Positions 1-10,228 of a stretch of DNA of 64,000 nt are shown one piece after another. The notes beneath the pieces are model-generated. The model worked only from the letters and a program-made list of their open reading frames with translations. It was not told where the DNA came from and ran no database searches. A program made the position numbers and the translations under genes. Each line of letters starts with the position of its first letter. Position 1 is the stretch's first letter. The stretch lies in IMG/VR virus record IMGVR_UViG_3300044712_001937, positions 186,001-250,000 of that record. One strand, written 5' to 3'.

Positions 1-153
1 ATGAGTTTTAGTTTTTCTCAAACTAATGCTCAATGTATTGTAACAAAAGTTGATGGTGTAAACCCAACTTCCTTGTATCCAGAACCGCCTCCAGATATTC
101 CGCCTGAAGGCGGACCTGGCCCTGATACTGGCGGTCCTGGAAATCCAAAATAA
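1..153 (+). CDS. Small or 5'-truncated protein with Pro/Gly-rich tail
   Basis: Open frame MSFSFSQ...EPPPDIPPEGGPGPDTGGPGNPK*, followed by a terminator; may begin before the window. Confidence 0.55.
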   Translation: MSFSFSQTNAQCIVTKVDGVNPTSLYPEPPPDIPPEGGPGPDTGGPGNPK

Positions 154-160
154 GGAGTTT

Positions 161-198
161 AAAACTCCGGAATGTTCTATGAATGTTCCGGAGTTTTT
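161..198 (+). terminator. Rho-independent terminator
   Basis: AAAACTCCGGAA...TTCCGGAGTTTT inverted repeat with T-run. Confidence 0.8.
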
Positions 199-266
199 AT
201 TTAAACTGATTAGTAATGATATTTATTAAATTCTTTTTTTAAGTATGTATATAAAATACTGGAATT

Positions 267-611
267 ATGTTAACACAAGAAGTATTAGACAATCACATTC
301 TTTATTTAAAAAAGAATAAATATAGAAACAAAATCCAAGAACTTAAACTTGAGCATTGTACAGATAATAAAGGCGACTATATCTATCTTGTTCAAATCAT
401 TATAAAAAAATCATTACGCAATACCGGATATGGCTCTCTGGTATTGTCCGAAGTTATTAAAATAGCTAATGAACATAATGTACGCATTAAATTATGGGTT
501 AGTGGTATACTCGGTGGTGATGTTAAAAGATTATACGAATTCTATGGCAAACATGGATTCTTTTTAATTAAAAAAGATAATGATGGATATATGATTTATA
601 ATCCACATTGA
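267..611 (+). CDS. GNAT-family acetyltransferase
   Basis: Motif A RNTGYGSLVL and C-terminal LYEFYGKHGF. Confidence 0.75.
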   Translation: MLTQEVLDNHILYLKKNKYRNKIQELKLEHCTDNKGDYIYLVQIIIKKSLRNTGYGSLVLSEVIKIANEHNVRIKLWVSGILGGDVKRLYEFYGKHGFFLIKKDNDGYMIYNPH

Positions 612-807
612 AACATTTTTATTTAAAATCCGTATACATAATTGTCAGGGTTATACTTGGGTGAAGTAATCCAACCCTGCCTTATATTTTAACTTTAGAA
701 TAATTCTAAATTAGGTAGGTAGACTACTGATAATACAATCTATTTAATGAAACCATTGTACATATTTTAATTAATACCATTGTACGGTTATATTTTTTGG
801 TTTATCT

Positions 808-833
808 GTAACAATTTATTCTTACTCTCGTAT
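808..833 (+). promoter_or_regulatory. ECF-sigma-like promoter GTAACA-N14-TCGTAT (first of 19 copies)
   Basis: Bipartite motif with invariant 14-nt spacing, found upstream of gene starts. Confidence 0.75.
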
Positions 834-858
834 CATACACTAACCAATAAATATTATT

Positions 859-1668
859 ATGAAACATAAAAATACAATTCCAGAACCTAATATTAATGAA
901 GTTAATACAAACTGGTCAACTCCCTCATTGTCATTATTTTCTGCTATTAACAGTTTAAGAAAAGCTTTAAGTAGCGGCTATAAAGCACAATTAATCAGAA
1001 TGGTAAATGAAGATTGTGCTTATCCTATACTCGAAGACATTAAGAAATTAAAACAAGATTTCCGGGAATATACTGGTAATGGTGCATATATGCAAACCCG
1101 TGAAGATATCCTCAACAATACATCATACTCCGATTTTGAAAAACATCTCATGCTTAACTATAATACAGTTTTTGGTACAAGAGAAGCTATGCTTGAATAT
1201 TACCAAACTGGTAAACTTTCTAAAGATAACTTCTTTGGAGCTGGTATTTCACATCTGGTTAAAGTATCAGATATGGTTGAGTATTTAAAAGCAAACAATC
1301 AAGACGGTTCTGAAACTGAACGTATTGATATATTTACCAAACAATATCTAACTCTGGAAACCTCTGGTAAAAAACAATGGTACGATAATGTTAAACCTAT
1401 CAATGCCAGAAATAATCGTGTACCAAAGAAATTTAACCATAAGGTTTGGGTGGTACAAATATTGAACGAGAAACAGGGTAAACCTAATATCCCACTATAC
1501 CAAAGGTTTTTAATTAAAACGTTCAATATGGTTTTATACCCACTAAAATTCATACCTGTTAAATCGGTACTTAGAATGAATGAGTATAGTAATTATACCT
1601 TTCGAATTGGAGATGTGGTTAATGGTTTCTCTGTTGAGTTCCAGATACCAAAGAAATTTAAGTTTTAA
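859..1668 (+). CDS. Hypothetical protein
   Basis: 269-aa ORF directly behind the promoter motif. Confidence 0.8.
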   Translation: MKHKNTIPEPNINEVNTNWSTPSLSLFSAINSLRKALSSGYKAQLIRMVNEDCAYPILEDIKKLKQDFREYTGNGAYMQTREDILNNTSYSDFEKHLMLNYNTVFGTREAMLEYYQTGKLSKDNFFGAGISHLVKVSDMVEYLKANNQDGSETERIDIFTKQYLTLETSGKKQWYDNVKPINARNNRVPKKFNHKVWVVQILNEKQGKPNIPLYQRFLIKTFNMVLYPLKFIPVKSVLRMNEYSNYTFRIGDVVNGFSVEFQIPKKFKF

Positions 1669-1686
1669 ATATAAATCATTGTATAT

Positions 1687-1920
1687 ATGAATAATCAAAA
1701 AGTTAAAACAATTGCTGCTAATTCAGCAGCAATGTTAGAATTAGAATTACAAGAACTAATTAATAATAACTGCAATATAATAGCTGTAGTTCCAGCAATA
1801 TCTTCAATAGGTAGGTATAATTCATCTAATGGATATTCAGATTCAATTTATGTTGTAGTCTACGAAACTAAACCTTCCGTTAGTGTTTTACCTAATGGTG
1901 GTACTATTGTACAAATATAA
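1687..1920 (+). CDS. Hypothetical protein
   Basis: ORF in co-oriented run. Confidence 0.6.
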   Translation: MNNQKVKTIAANSAAMLELELQELINNNCNIIAVVPAISSIGRYNSSNGYSDSIYVVVYETKPSVSVLPNGGTIVQI

Positions 1921-2023
1921 AATATTAACAAAAATACTTAATTTGCTTTATAGTTTTGATTTTTTATCTAAGGATTTTTTGTATATTGAAAGTAAAATCA
2001 ATCTTTAACTTAATAATATTAAG

Positions 2024-2240
2024 ATGACAATAGAAGAATGTAAAAATAGAAGATGCTGCTAAATTAGCTCAGAAAGAATCTAAACAATATCCATCATTAA
2101 ATTGTCAAGCATCTTATAACTTAGGATTGTATGATGGCTTTATTATAGGTGCTAAATCCCAAGCAGCTAAAGAATATTGGTATGAACAATTTAAACAAGA
2201 TAATATCAAAGTCATTGAAGCAATTCAGGATATGAGCTAA
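2024..2240 (+). pseudogene. Frameshifted small ORF (extra A in A5 run)
   Basis: MTIEECK continues as IEDAAKLAQ...KEYWYEQFK if one A is removed at 2042-2046. Confidence 0.55.
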
Positions 2241-3138
2241 AAATATATAAAATTTGAATTTTAGATGATGATGAGAACGTTCTATTCTCGTAAGTCCTAC
2301 TTAGGGCGATAACAGTCATTGTTTAATATTTATTGGTTGTACCCATCCAAAGCTGCGATAGCTCGGATGGGTTTTCTTATTTAAAACCATTAGCAATGTT
2401 CGATTTGTATTGTCCAGTTTATTTTATTATTTACTGGACAAATATTCTCATACAAGTTTTAATTAAAAACATTCTCAGAGGTTTCACCTACCATACAATT
2501 GTACAGATTTTAATTAAAAACTATTCGTAATGATTGCTTTGCTAATAGTTTGTTTTATTTAAGATTTGTATTCGAGAATTTAAGTATTGTAATACCTAAA
2601 TACCTATTAGGAATGTCCTATATTTAGAACGATTCTAAATTACCATTGTACAGCTATTTATATTCATTCTAAATTATAAAATTTTATAAAATCAAGTTTG
2701 GTAAAAATTTTTATATGACTCGGTGTTCGACGTGGGGGCACTACGTTATTACATTTATTTTAGATTATTTTATCCATTATAGAAGATTTTAACCAATACT
2801 GACTAATATAATAGCTATTATAGGAGATTTTACCCTGAATATTAATTTTATCATTACTAATATTCACATTTTGTAATGTACAGGGTATAACTTACTGAAA
2901 ATAAACGCACATATTAAACCCACTATAGGTACAGTTTTCAACAGATTTTAATAGTTATAGTACATATAAAGTTGTATTTAAGTATTCAATTACCTAAATA
3001 GATAAATTCGAATAATAAAAGAGTATTAGAATAACTATATTACTTGTTATTTTATTCATATGTAATGTACGTGTTTTTATCTGTAACAAATATAATCTTT
3101 TCTCGTATCTAATATTGTAAATAATAAAAACTTTAAAT

Positions 3139-3351
3139 ATGGATATAATAATAGGAATGATTGAGTTTATATTAGTAGTAGTAACATTTATATTGACAAT
3201 ATTTACATTAATTAATCTGTATGATTTATTGTTAAATGATAAGTTAAATCCTGAACAGTTTAAAAGGTTAAGGATTAGAGTTATTTACTGGATATTATTA
3301 ACTATTCTGGTATGGTATTTACTTATAAAACTGTTTAAATATACAAGTTAA
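3139..3351 (+). CDS. Small membrane protein
   Basis: Two hydrophobic segments; behind promoter motif at 3083. Confidence 0.65.
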   Translation: MDIIIGMIEFILVVVTFILTIFTLINLYDLLLNDKLNPEQFKRLRIRVIYWILLTILVWYLLIKLFKYTS

Positions 3352-3382
3352 ATTAAATAAAACAAACTAAATAATTATAATT

Positions 3383-3592
3383 ATGAAAATTTTATTAGCG
3401 ATTACTTTTGTATTTGGAGTATTGCAATTTCTTTCAGTTTTAAAGGTATTTAATATATCACTTTCATTAATTACACGTGCAATAATACCTCATAATGAAA
3501 AAACTTTATTTGGTAAATTTATGGAAATATTGGGAGTTTGGTTTTTTTATTTCTCTCTATGTTTTCAGGCTTGGTATTGGTTGTTTAAATAA
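3383..3592 (+). CDS. Small membrane protein
   Basis: Hydrophobic ORF in run. Confidence 0.6.
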   Translation: MKILLAITFVFGVLQFLSVLKVFNISLSLITRAIIPHNEKTLFGKFMEILGVWFFYFSLCFQAWYWLFK

Positions 3593-3625
3593 AATAAACC
3601 TGAGAGATAAGAAGATTGTTAAAAG

Positions 3626-3663
3626 AAAAAACCTCAATGTTAGTATTAGCATTGGGGTTTTTT
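3626..3663. terminator. Bidirectional terminator
   Basis: A-run ACCTCAATG...CATTGGGGT T-run between convergent genes. Confidence 0.75.
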
Positions 3664-3682
3664 AATTTAGCTTGCAATTGTT

Positions 3683-4549
3683 TTAACTTTCGATAATATT
3701 TTTTATTATATCAACATCGAGTTTATATATTTTTGCAATAGTTTCGATATTAACATTTTTATCTGCAAATATTTTAATACTTTCTATAATATCTGGGTCA
3801 AGATAATTTTTAACCATGAGTTCAATTTGTTTATTTAATTCATTTGACTCAAATTGTTTCTCAATATTAATAATACAATTATTATCTACAGGTTTATTAT
3901 CAGCAGGTAAGTTATCTACAATATTTTTAAGTTTATTAATGACGTTAATTCTAATATTCATTGGTTGCTCTAACCAAAATTCATTCAGATTATTTAGTAA
4001 TCGTTCTTTATCATATTCTTCAAGTATAAGAAGAATGATTTTAACTAATTCATCTTTATTAAATTTTATAAATGAAGTATAGAATAAATCTAAAAACGTA
4101 ATATCAACATCAATAGGTTTTTTAACTTCCGGTTTAATATCCGTAATACTTATTGTTGTATTAGATACTGGCATATTAGATATTGGTATGGTTGGTATTG
4201 GAATAGTGGGAGTAATTGTTTTTTTCATATACTCCCATTTAATATTATCTATTCTTAAATCATCAGCATCGCCATTAATAAATTTAATGATTAATTTATT
4301 ATTTTTAACCAATTGATAATTCTCAGGTTTAGGAATGAAAGCATTAGCCATTAAGGAATGGATAGAAATTTTTTCTTTTTTCCCAAGATTATTATATAGA
4401 ACAGCATACCAATAATATTTATTTCTTTTAATATCCCAATATTGTTTAACTATATCAACTATTTCGGAGTTTATTATAGATTTAATGTTACCTTTGGAGC
4501 TAATAAAATATAGTTCTTCGTATCCAACAACAGGTTTCCATGTTTCCAT
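3683..4549 (-). CDS. NUMOD4 protein with degenerate HNH and C-terminal HTH
   Basis: ETWKPVVGYEELYFISSKGNIKS is NUMOD4; KFINGDADDLRIDNIKWE is HNH-like without His; terminal IETIAKIYKLDVDII is HTH-like. Confidence 0.7.
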   Translation of the reverse strand: METWKPVVGYEELYFISSKGNIKSIINSEIVDIVKQYWDIKRNKYYWYAVLYNNLGKKEKISIHSLMANAFIPKPENYQLVKNNKLIIKFINGDADDLRIDNIKWEYMKKTITPTIPIPTIPISNMPVSNTTISITDIKPEVKKPIDVDITFLDLFYTSFIKFNKDELVKIILLILEEYDKERLLNNLNEFWLEQPMNIRINVINKLKNIVDNLPADNKPVDNNCIINIEKQFESNELNKQIELMVKNYLDPDIIESIKIFADKNVNIETIAKIYKLDVDIIKNIIES

Positions 4550-4553
4550 ATCG

Positions 4554-5279
4554 TTAATTTATTCTTGCGACATTTCTTGCGCAATCGTTATAAACTTCAA
4601 TAATTTTATCTTTAAAAATACCACAAATATCAATTCCATCGAAAATATATTGGAATTTTGGTTTGCTTAGATTTCTGATAAACCAATCCCAATCGAATTT
4701 AGGATTAGTTTGGATGATTTGTTTAATTGCATTAATGAATCTATTTTTGATATAAACTTTTGAATATGGTTTAATAAGCATAAGTTTATCTGCAAATTCA
4801 CATGATGCTTTAAAATCAGTAACTAAAAAAGTTCCATTTTTTAAATTACCTCTTGTATTAACAACATCACTATTTGTTGCTAATATTATTGAGTATGATT
4901 CAGAGCGAAAATCTGGATAAAGAGTTTTGAATTTATTAATTAATTTATAATTTTCGTTACCGCCATTAGCATAGCCATTAACTAAATCATCATTTTTCCA
5001 AGGTTTTACTGCACTATTTCTTGCAATAACTGTTTCTCTTGTTTCATTGCTTGTTAATAAACATTTTAAAGGTACTTCGAGTTCGGTACATGCAATAAAA
5101 CGATGCATTCCGTCATAAATAACATAGGATTTTCCTTCTTTCTGGACTGTAATTGGGTCTAATAATCCATATAGTCTAATACTACGTTTTTTTTGCTCAA
5201 CGTTTGCTTGGTCAATGCTACGGTTAAATTTTCCGAATCTAAATTTGTCGTAATCGCTTGTTTCAAAATAAGTATTCAT
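4554..5279 (-). CDS. ParB/Srx-like N-terminal domain protein
   Basis: NRSID...GLLDPITV...IYDGMHRFIAC. Confidence 0.75.
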   Translation of the reverse strand: MNTYFETSDYDKFRFGKFNRSIDQANVEQKKRSIRLYGLLDPITVQKEGKSYVIYDGMHRFIACTELEVPLKCLLTSNETRETVIARNSAVKPWKNDDLVNGYANGGNENYKLINKFKTLYPDFRSESYSIILATNSDVVNTRGNLKNGTFLVTDFKASCEFADKLMLIKPYSKVYIKNRFINAIKQIIQTNPKFDWDWFIRNLSKPKFQYIFDGIDICGIFKDKIIEVYNDCARNVARIN

Positions 5280-5288
5280 GTTTTTAAA

Positions 5289-5570
5289 TTAAAGAGTTAT
5301 GTAATAATTTTGATGTGTAAATTTATTTTCATTTATATAATATCCTACTTGCATTATAATAGTATCGGTAACATCAGTTTTAGTTAATTTACCTTTTAGT
5401 AATTGATATAATCTACCTTTTCTGATTGATTTAATAGTAATTGAATATCCTGCTTGTTTTAAAGCTTCTAATCTGTCTTTAAGATAATGATTTGCTTTAA
5501 TTATATCTGAGACTTGGTTGAATTTATCTTTTTGTTTAGTATTAAGATTAAAAAACATTATACTTTGCAT
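5289..5570 (-). CDS. Hypothetical protein
   Basis: ORF in run; host-type promoter at about 5598-5630 on the minus strand. Confidence 0.65.
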   Translation of the reverse strand: MQSIMFFNLNTKQKDKFNQVSDIIKANHYLKDRLEALKQAGYSITIKSIRKGRLYQLLKGKLTKTDVTDTIIMQVGYYINENKFTHQNYYITL

Positions 5571-5733
5571 CTTACATTAATTTAGTTTTAAATTGAAACA
5601 AATGTAAATTGAAATATTTTATTATCCAAATAAATTATTAAAATATTTTCATGAAAATTATAATATGATTAATATATGTTAGTAACATTAGATTATTAAT
5701 TTCGTATATAAAACAAACAAAATAATATCAACC

Positions 5734-6189
5734 ATGAAAGATTTAATTATCCAAGCTTTAGACTCAGCGTTTCTCAAACTTGAAAGTCAAGTTCCATTAA
5801 ATAAAAAGAAATTTAAGTCTCTTAGTATTATGGATGTTAAACCTACAGAATTAGCTTCATTTATGTTAGATAATAACATTCCTGATACTGCTTATTTTGA
5901 TGGCAATGATAATGGTAATGATGGTTGGGATGATATTCTATTAACATGGGAAATATATGTTCCTACAAATGAAGATGATAATTTAAAGTTTAAGAAAAAT
6001 AGGTTTACGGATATTGCTTGGAGATTTATATATAAATTATTAATAACAAGTGGTTATAAGAGGGTTGGTTATAATACTGGTTTATTAAAGGAATTTAATG
6101 ATACTACTGTATATGATATGTATATCAATAAAGATTTTGATAGGCTTGTTAGGTATTACTCGTTAGCATTTGTTAAAATAGGTAAATAA
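5734..6189 (+). CDS. Hypothetical protein
   Basis: Behind promoter motif at 5682. Confidence 0.75.
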   Translation: MKDLIIQALDSAFLKLESQVPLNKKKFKSLSIMDVKPTELASFMLDNNIPDTAYFDGNDNGNDGWDDILLTWEIYVPTNEDDNLKFKKNRFTDIAWRFIYKLLITSGYKRVGYNTGLLKEFNDTTVYDMYINKDFDRLVRYYSLAFVKIGK

Positions 6190-6222
6190 TATAGATAGTT
6201 AAAATAAAATGAATAATATAAA

Positions 6223-6253
6223 TTTGTATTATTTAATTTATTTTATATATTTG
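6223..6253 (+). promoter_or_regulatory. Bacteroidota primary-sigma promoter (-33 TTTG, -7 TAnnTTTG)
   Basis: TTTG at 6223-6226, 19-nt gap, TATATTTG at 6246-6253. Confidence 0.75.
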
Positions 6254-6344
6254 CATAGTAATTGGTACTACATGCACTAAAATTGTACAATCTGGTAGAA
6301 TGACTGTCGAGTCAGATTATCAATTATTAAAAAGAATATAGGTT

Positions 6345-6416
6345 GGGCATGTGATGAGTAATGGTTAACCTTAATCAGAAATGATTGATATTAGTTCGAG
6401 TCTAAGCCTGTCCTCA
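6345..6416 (+). tRNA. Degenerate tRNA-like element, anticodon undetermined
   Basis: Acceptor GGGCATG/CCTGTCC; D-loop with TGG; T-arm TTAG-TTCGAGT-CTAA; anticodon loop only 6 nt or a GAAA tetraloop; no CCA. Confidence 0.5.
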
Positions 6417-6480
6417 AAGTCAGAATATTGAAAGGTATCTGTGCCTGTATTCTTATTATAATATTTAAATTAATTTTTAC

Positions 6481-7392
6481 ATGGAAGAAATTATAGGTTA
6501 TCGTTTAAAGTCGGAATATTATAAATATGAATCGGCTGCAATTCAAATCGGGAAATTGGGTGGTTGTGGTTGGTTATGTGATAATAGTGAAAATAAATTT
6601 CATCAACATAAATCTTTATTATTAGAGGGGAAATGTGTAACATCCGATAGTGATGCTGCTTCTTTATTTAAAGAAGCATTAATATTAGATTTATGGTTTG
6701 AACCTGTATATAATGATAAATCTATATATAAAGTTGGTGATTGGATTACGGTAATTAAAATTCCTACAATTGAGAATCATTGGTTAAATAATACCCAATA
6801 TAGAACTTTTAAATTAACTGCTAATCCCACAGTTTATAAATCTGGTGAAATGTGGTCAACATGTGGATATATTTATGATAGTATAGGTTCAGGTTATGGT
6901 ATTGAAGAAAGTTGTTTTAGACTTGCTACTTATAGTGAAATTCAGGAGGCATTAATTTCTGTTGCTAAAGAAAAGGGTTTTGTAATTAACTCCAATATTA
7001 TATCTTTAACTGGTGATAAGTTTAAATTATTGGGTTATGCTTTAACTTATTTATATGATGGTGATGTATTAACAGCATCATCAAATAGTAGGTATCAAGT
7101 TATATATAAAAATGGTGAATGGGCAAAAATAATTGAGCAACCTAATGTTGTTATTAATACTTATCATAGTAAAAATATTAGTGGCTATGTAAAAAATACA
7201 GTTGCCAATACTTATGTTGGTGAATTTTTTGATACTTATGTTATGTTCGGGGATGTTGAAATTGAGAAGGAAATATTTATTACAATAAACAGATGTAATA
7301 TTAAATCTAATCGTCAAATTGATAGTATTAATATTGGAGATTTAAAATTTAATAAAAAACAAATTAAAATAATTGCTGAGTATTTTTCATAA
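6481..7392 (+). CDS. Hypothetical protein, paralog of 15844
   Basis: Shared IGYxLK...DxWFEPxY and FRLATxxEI-like motifs. Confidence 0.8.
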   Translation: MEEIIGYRLKSEYYKYESAAIQIGKLGGCGWLCDNSENKFHQHKSLLLEGKCVTSDSDAASLFKEALILDLWFEPVYNDKSIYKVGDWITVIKIPTIENHWLNNTQYRTFKLTANPTVYKSGEMWSTCGYIYDSIGSGYGIEESCFRLATYSEIQEALISVAKEKGFVINSNIISLTGDKFKLLGYALTYLYDGDVLTASSNSRYQVIYKNGEWAKIIEQPNVVINTYHSKNISGYVKNTVANTYVGEFFDTYVMFGDVEIEKEIFITINRCNIKSNRQIDSINIGDLKFNKKQIKIIAEYFS

Positions 7393-7414
7393 CAATTTTA
7401 ATTAAAAATATTAC

Positions 7415-7810
7415 ATGAAAACCCAGAACAATTCTAAATTTAGAAATGTTAAAGAGTTTAAAACTCTTATTGAAAGATATGAGACTATAACACTTGAAGA
7501 AATTGAGGAAGTTTGGAGTAATAAAAAGGAAATAGAATCCTTGGATTTAGTTGGTGAATATTCCACTAAAGTTGCTTATAAGTTAACTGGTTTTGGTTGG
7601 AATTTTAGTTGTAGTTTATGTATTGCTTGTGATGAAATTTGTTCTGAATGTGTATATGAAATTAATTATGGATGTTTTAAATCTGAATTAAGAGAATCGT
7701 ATTATAATATTGTAAATTCAGAAACTGAATCTGAATTACTCAATGCTTTCCGTGAAAGAGCAAAAGTATTAAGATTATATGCAAAAGAGAATAATATAAA
7801 TATTGAATAA
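7415..7810 (+). CDS. Cys-rich hypothetical protein (tandem paralog 1)
   Basis: KEFKxLIERYE...LTGF...CxLC...CxxCVY. Confidence 0.8.
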   Translation: MKTQNNSKFRNVKEFKTLIERYETITLEEIEEVWSNKKEIESLDLVGEYSTKVAYKLTGFGWNFSCSLCIACDEICSECVYEINYGCFKSELRESYYNIVNSETESELLNAFRERAKVLRLYAKENNINIE

Positions 7811-8189
7811 TATCATGAAAACTAATAACAAACCAGAAAACATTAAAGAATTCAAGGCTTTAATTGAAAGATATGAGAGTATTAGTCTGGAAGAAATTGA
7901 AAAGAATTGGACTGGTTTTGGTGATAGTACAGCTAAATTATTAACTGGTTTTAGTTCAATAACAACATGTACACTTTGTATTCCTACATATAAAAATTCT
8001 AATTTATATGATTGTCATAAATGTGTTTATAGAATTAACTCAGGTTGTCTTAATTTAACATCATTATTAACATTATCATATAAAAAAATTTATAATTCAA
8101 GAACTCCGTTAGAATTATTAAATGCTTATCGTGAAAGAGCAATAGTATTAAGAGAGTTTGCAAAAGAGAATAAAATAAATATTAAATAG
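7803..8189 (+). CDS. Cys-rich hypothetical protein (tandem paralog 2)
   Basis: Obvious similarity to 7415 ORF. Confidence 0.8.
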   Translation: MNNIMKTNNKPENIKEFKALIERYESISLEEIEKNWTGFGDSTAKLLTGFSSITTCTLCIPTYKNSNLYDCHKCVYRINSGCLNLTSLLTLSYKKIYNSRTPLELLNAYRERAIVLREFAKENKINIK

Positions 8190-8192
8190 TAT

Positions 8193-8378
8193 ATGTATTG
8201 GACTTATGAAGAGGCTAAGAAGTATGTAAATGAGAATATGCCTAATATTAAAACGAAAGCTCAGTATGTTAAAGATAGGCAGAAATGGACAGAAGGATAT
8301 TTGCCTAAACGTCCTAATAAGGTATATGCTGATTGTGGTTGGGTGTCTTGGAATGAATTTTTAAATTATAAAGTTTAA
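8193..8378 (+). CDS. Small integrase-repeat-unit-like protein
   Basis: YEEAK...LPKRPNKVY...GWVSWNEFL pattern. Confidence 0.5.
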   Translation: MYWTYEEAKKYVNENMPNIKTKAQYVKDRQKWTEGYLPKRPNKVYADCGWVSWNEFLNYKV

Positions 8379-8445
8379 CTTCGTAACATTAGTATTCTAT
8401 TTTCGTATTCTATATTACGAACATAAACTTAAAATCTATATCTGC

Positions 8446-9438
8446 ATGAAACTTCTCGAAATCATTGAAAACTTAAAATCCGGTAAGCTTAAACTTAAAG
8501 ATGGGATTGGTCATTGTTTTAATCCTATTGAGGGTGATATTAAAAGGTTTTATGATTGGATATTAAAGTGTAAAGAGAAAAATGATACTATAGTTGAAAA
8601 AGCATTTTGTTCTATTTATACAGCTATTCTTGAAAAGGATTATCAGCATGGTGAAGTTTTTTGTGAATATGGTAATGATGGTTTATACTGTTTTGATTGT
8701 GGTAAACACTATCATCCTTATCTTATTGATGATTCAACATTAGGATTGATAGATACTCATGAGTATTACAGGTTAATAAAAGAGAATAATTACAATGAAA
8801 TTGTTTTAACTGATGCTAACTATAATATTAATTCCATTTGCCCTATATATGTCGATAAGCAGAAGGGTTATTTGACTTCTGAGATTGATATAACTTCCGG
8901 TGATTTAGTATTTAAAAACTATTTCAGTAAGGAGAAAATATATGAATTTCCTAAAAATGTTAAATATCATTCTGAGAATAGTATTAATGGAATACAAGGT
9001 AGAAAGAATTTAATGCAATATTTATCTACGTTGAATATTGGTTACGGACAAATGGGAAATATGAGTGTTTCTATATTCGTTAATAAGGATGGTTCTGAAA
9101 TCATAATTGGTAGGGATTATTCCTATAATGAAACTGATGGCGAGTTTGAAGTTAAGCACAAAGGATTTAAGAACATTGGCAAAATAAGTTTAGAGGTTTG
9201 GCGATGGATGTGTGGCGATGCCGATGTATTAAAATCAAATAAAGAACCAATGTCCAAGGAATTGAAATCTCTTATTAATAATCCTAAACAGGTTTATGGT
9301 TCTGATTATAAAGAAGAGATTGTTGCAAAGGTTAAAGCTGGAAGATGGGTTATTGAGCATTATTATGACTTCCAGACTAAAAGGGAGTTAATTTACAGTA
9401 GAATGTACTTGAAGAAAAATAATACCAATGTACAGTAA
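8446..9438 (+). CDS. Hypothetical protein
   Basis: 330-aa ORF behind promoter motif at 8383. Confidence 0.85.
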   Translation: MKLLEIIENLKSGKLKLKDGIGHCFNPIEGDIKRFYDWILKCKEKNDTIVEKAFCSIYTAILEKDYQHGEVFCEYGNDGLYCFDCGKHYHPYLIDDSTLGLIDTHEYYRLIKENNYNEIVLTDANYNINSICPIYVDKQKGYLTSEIDITSGDLVFKNYFSKEKIYEFPKNVKYHSENSINGIQGRKNLMQYLSTLNIGYGQMGNMSVSIFVNKDGSEIIIGRDYSYNETDGEFEVKHKGFKNIGKISLEVWRWMCGDADVLKSNKEPMSKELKSLINNPKQVYGSDYKEEIVAKVKAGRWVIEHYYDFQTKRELIYSRMYLKKNNTNVQ

Positions 9439-9862
9439 TATGGAAAACATAAAAGAAGTCAATGCTAAATTTAAAGAATATGTTGAAGGTAATATAATTA
9501 TTGCAAAATTCATGGGTGCAAGAATAGAGCATGATTATTCTTTTATTGAAAATGTTCAAGATGGTTTAGGATATTATTTCTTAAAAGAAAATGCGCCTGA
9601 AAATGATTTAAGATATTCTACTTCTGGAATAAAATATCATACATCGTGGGATTGGTTAATGCCAGTTGTTGAAAAGATTGAGAATTTTGGAAATTGTGAC
9701 ATTCAAATCCATAGTCATATATTTTATATTAATTTTGAAAATGGAAATTATAAAAAAGATTTTCATAGATATGAAAACTTAACTAAATTAGAAATGGTTT
9801 GGCTTGCTGTAGTGGAGTTTATTAAATGGTATGATGAAACCAAGAACACCAATGTACAGTAA
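9428..9862 (+). CDS. Hypothetical phage protein, paralog of 22507
   Basis: NxxIAxFM...YHTxWDWLMPVVEKI. Confidence 0.75.
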   Translation: MYSNMENIKEVNAKFKEYVEGNIIIAKFMGARIEHDYSFIENVQDGLGYYFLKENAPENDLRYSTSGIKYHTSWDWLMPVVEKIENFGNCDIQIHSHIFYINFENGNYKKDFHRYENLTKLEMVWLAVVEFIKWYDETKNTNVQ

Positions 9863-9921
9863 TATCAGACAAAATGAAACCAAGAACACCAATGTACAGT
9901 AATATCAGACAAAATGAAACC
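9834..9921 (+). repeat. Exact 40-bp tandem duplication (2.2 copies)
   Basis: ATGAAACCAAGAACACCAATGTACAGTAATATCAGACAAA twice, then ATGAAACC. Confidence 0.95.
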
Positions 9922-10228
9922 ACATAGAAAAGAAAAAATAGACCATACTGAATTTAGTAGATTACGTGAAATTTGCTATAATTATCACAAATTTCTGTGG
10001 ACTAAATTCAAAAGACGTATCAGAATTAAACGTTTAAATAAATAATTTAATATTAGAACACCAATGTACACAATGAATAAAACTGATATTAATATTAGGA
10101 AATCCGGTAAAACTTTTGTTAAAAAGGTAAAGAAATGTACTGCAAATAAAGGTGATTATTCATGTACAATTTGGGGTTCTCCTTGGTGTGATGAATGTGC
10201 ATTATATAAATAAATAAATAATTCAACC

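Noticed and set aside
2715-2750. GC-rich patch containing GTTCGAC, as a possible tRNA T-loop
   Set aside because: No flanking T-stem or acceptor pairing found.
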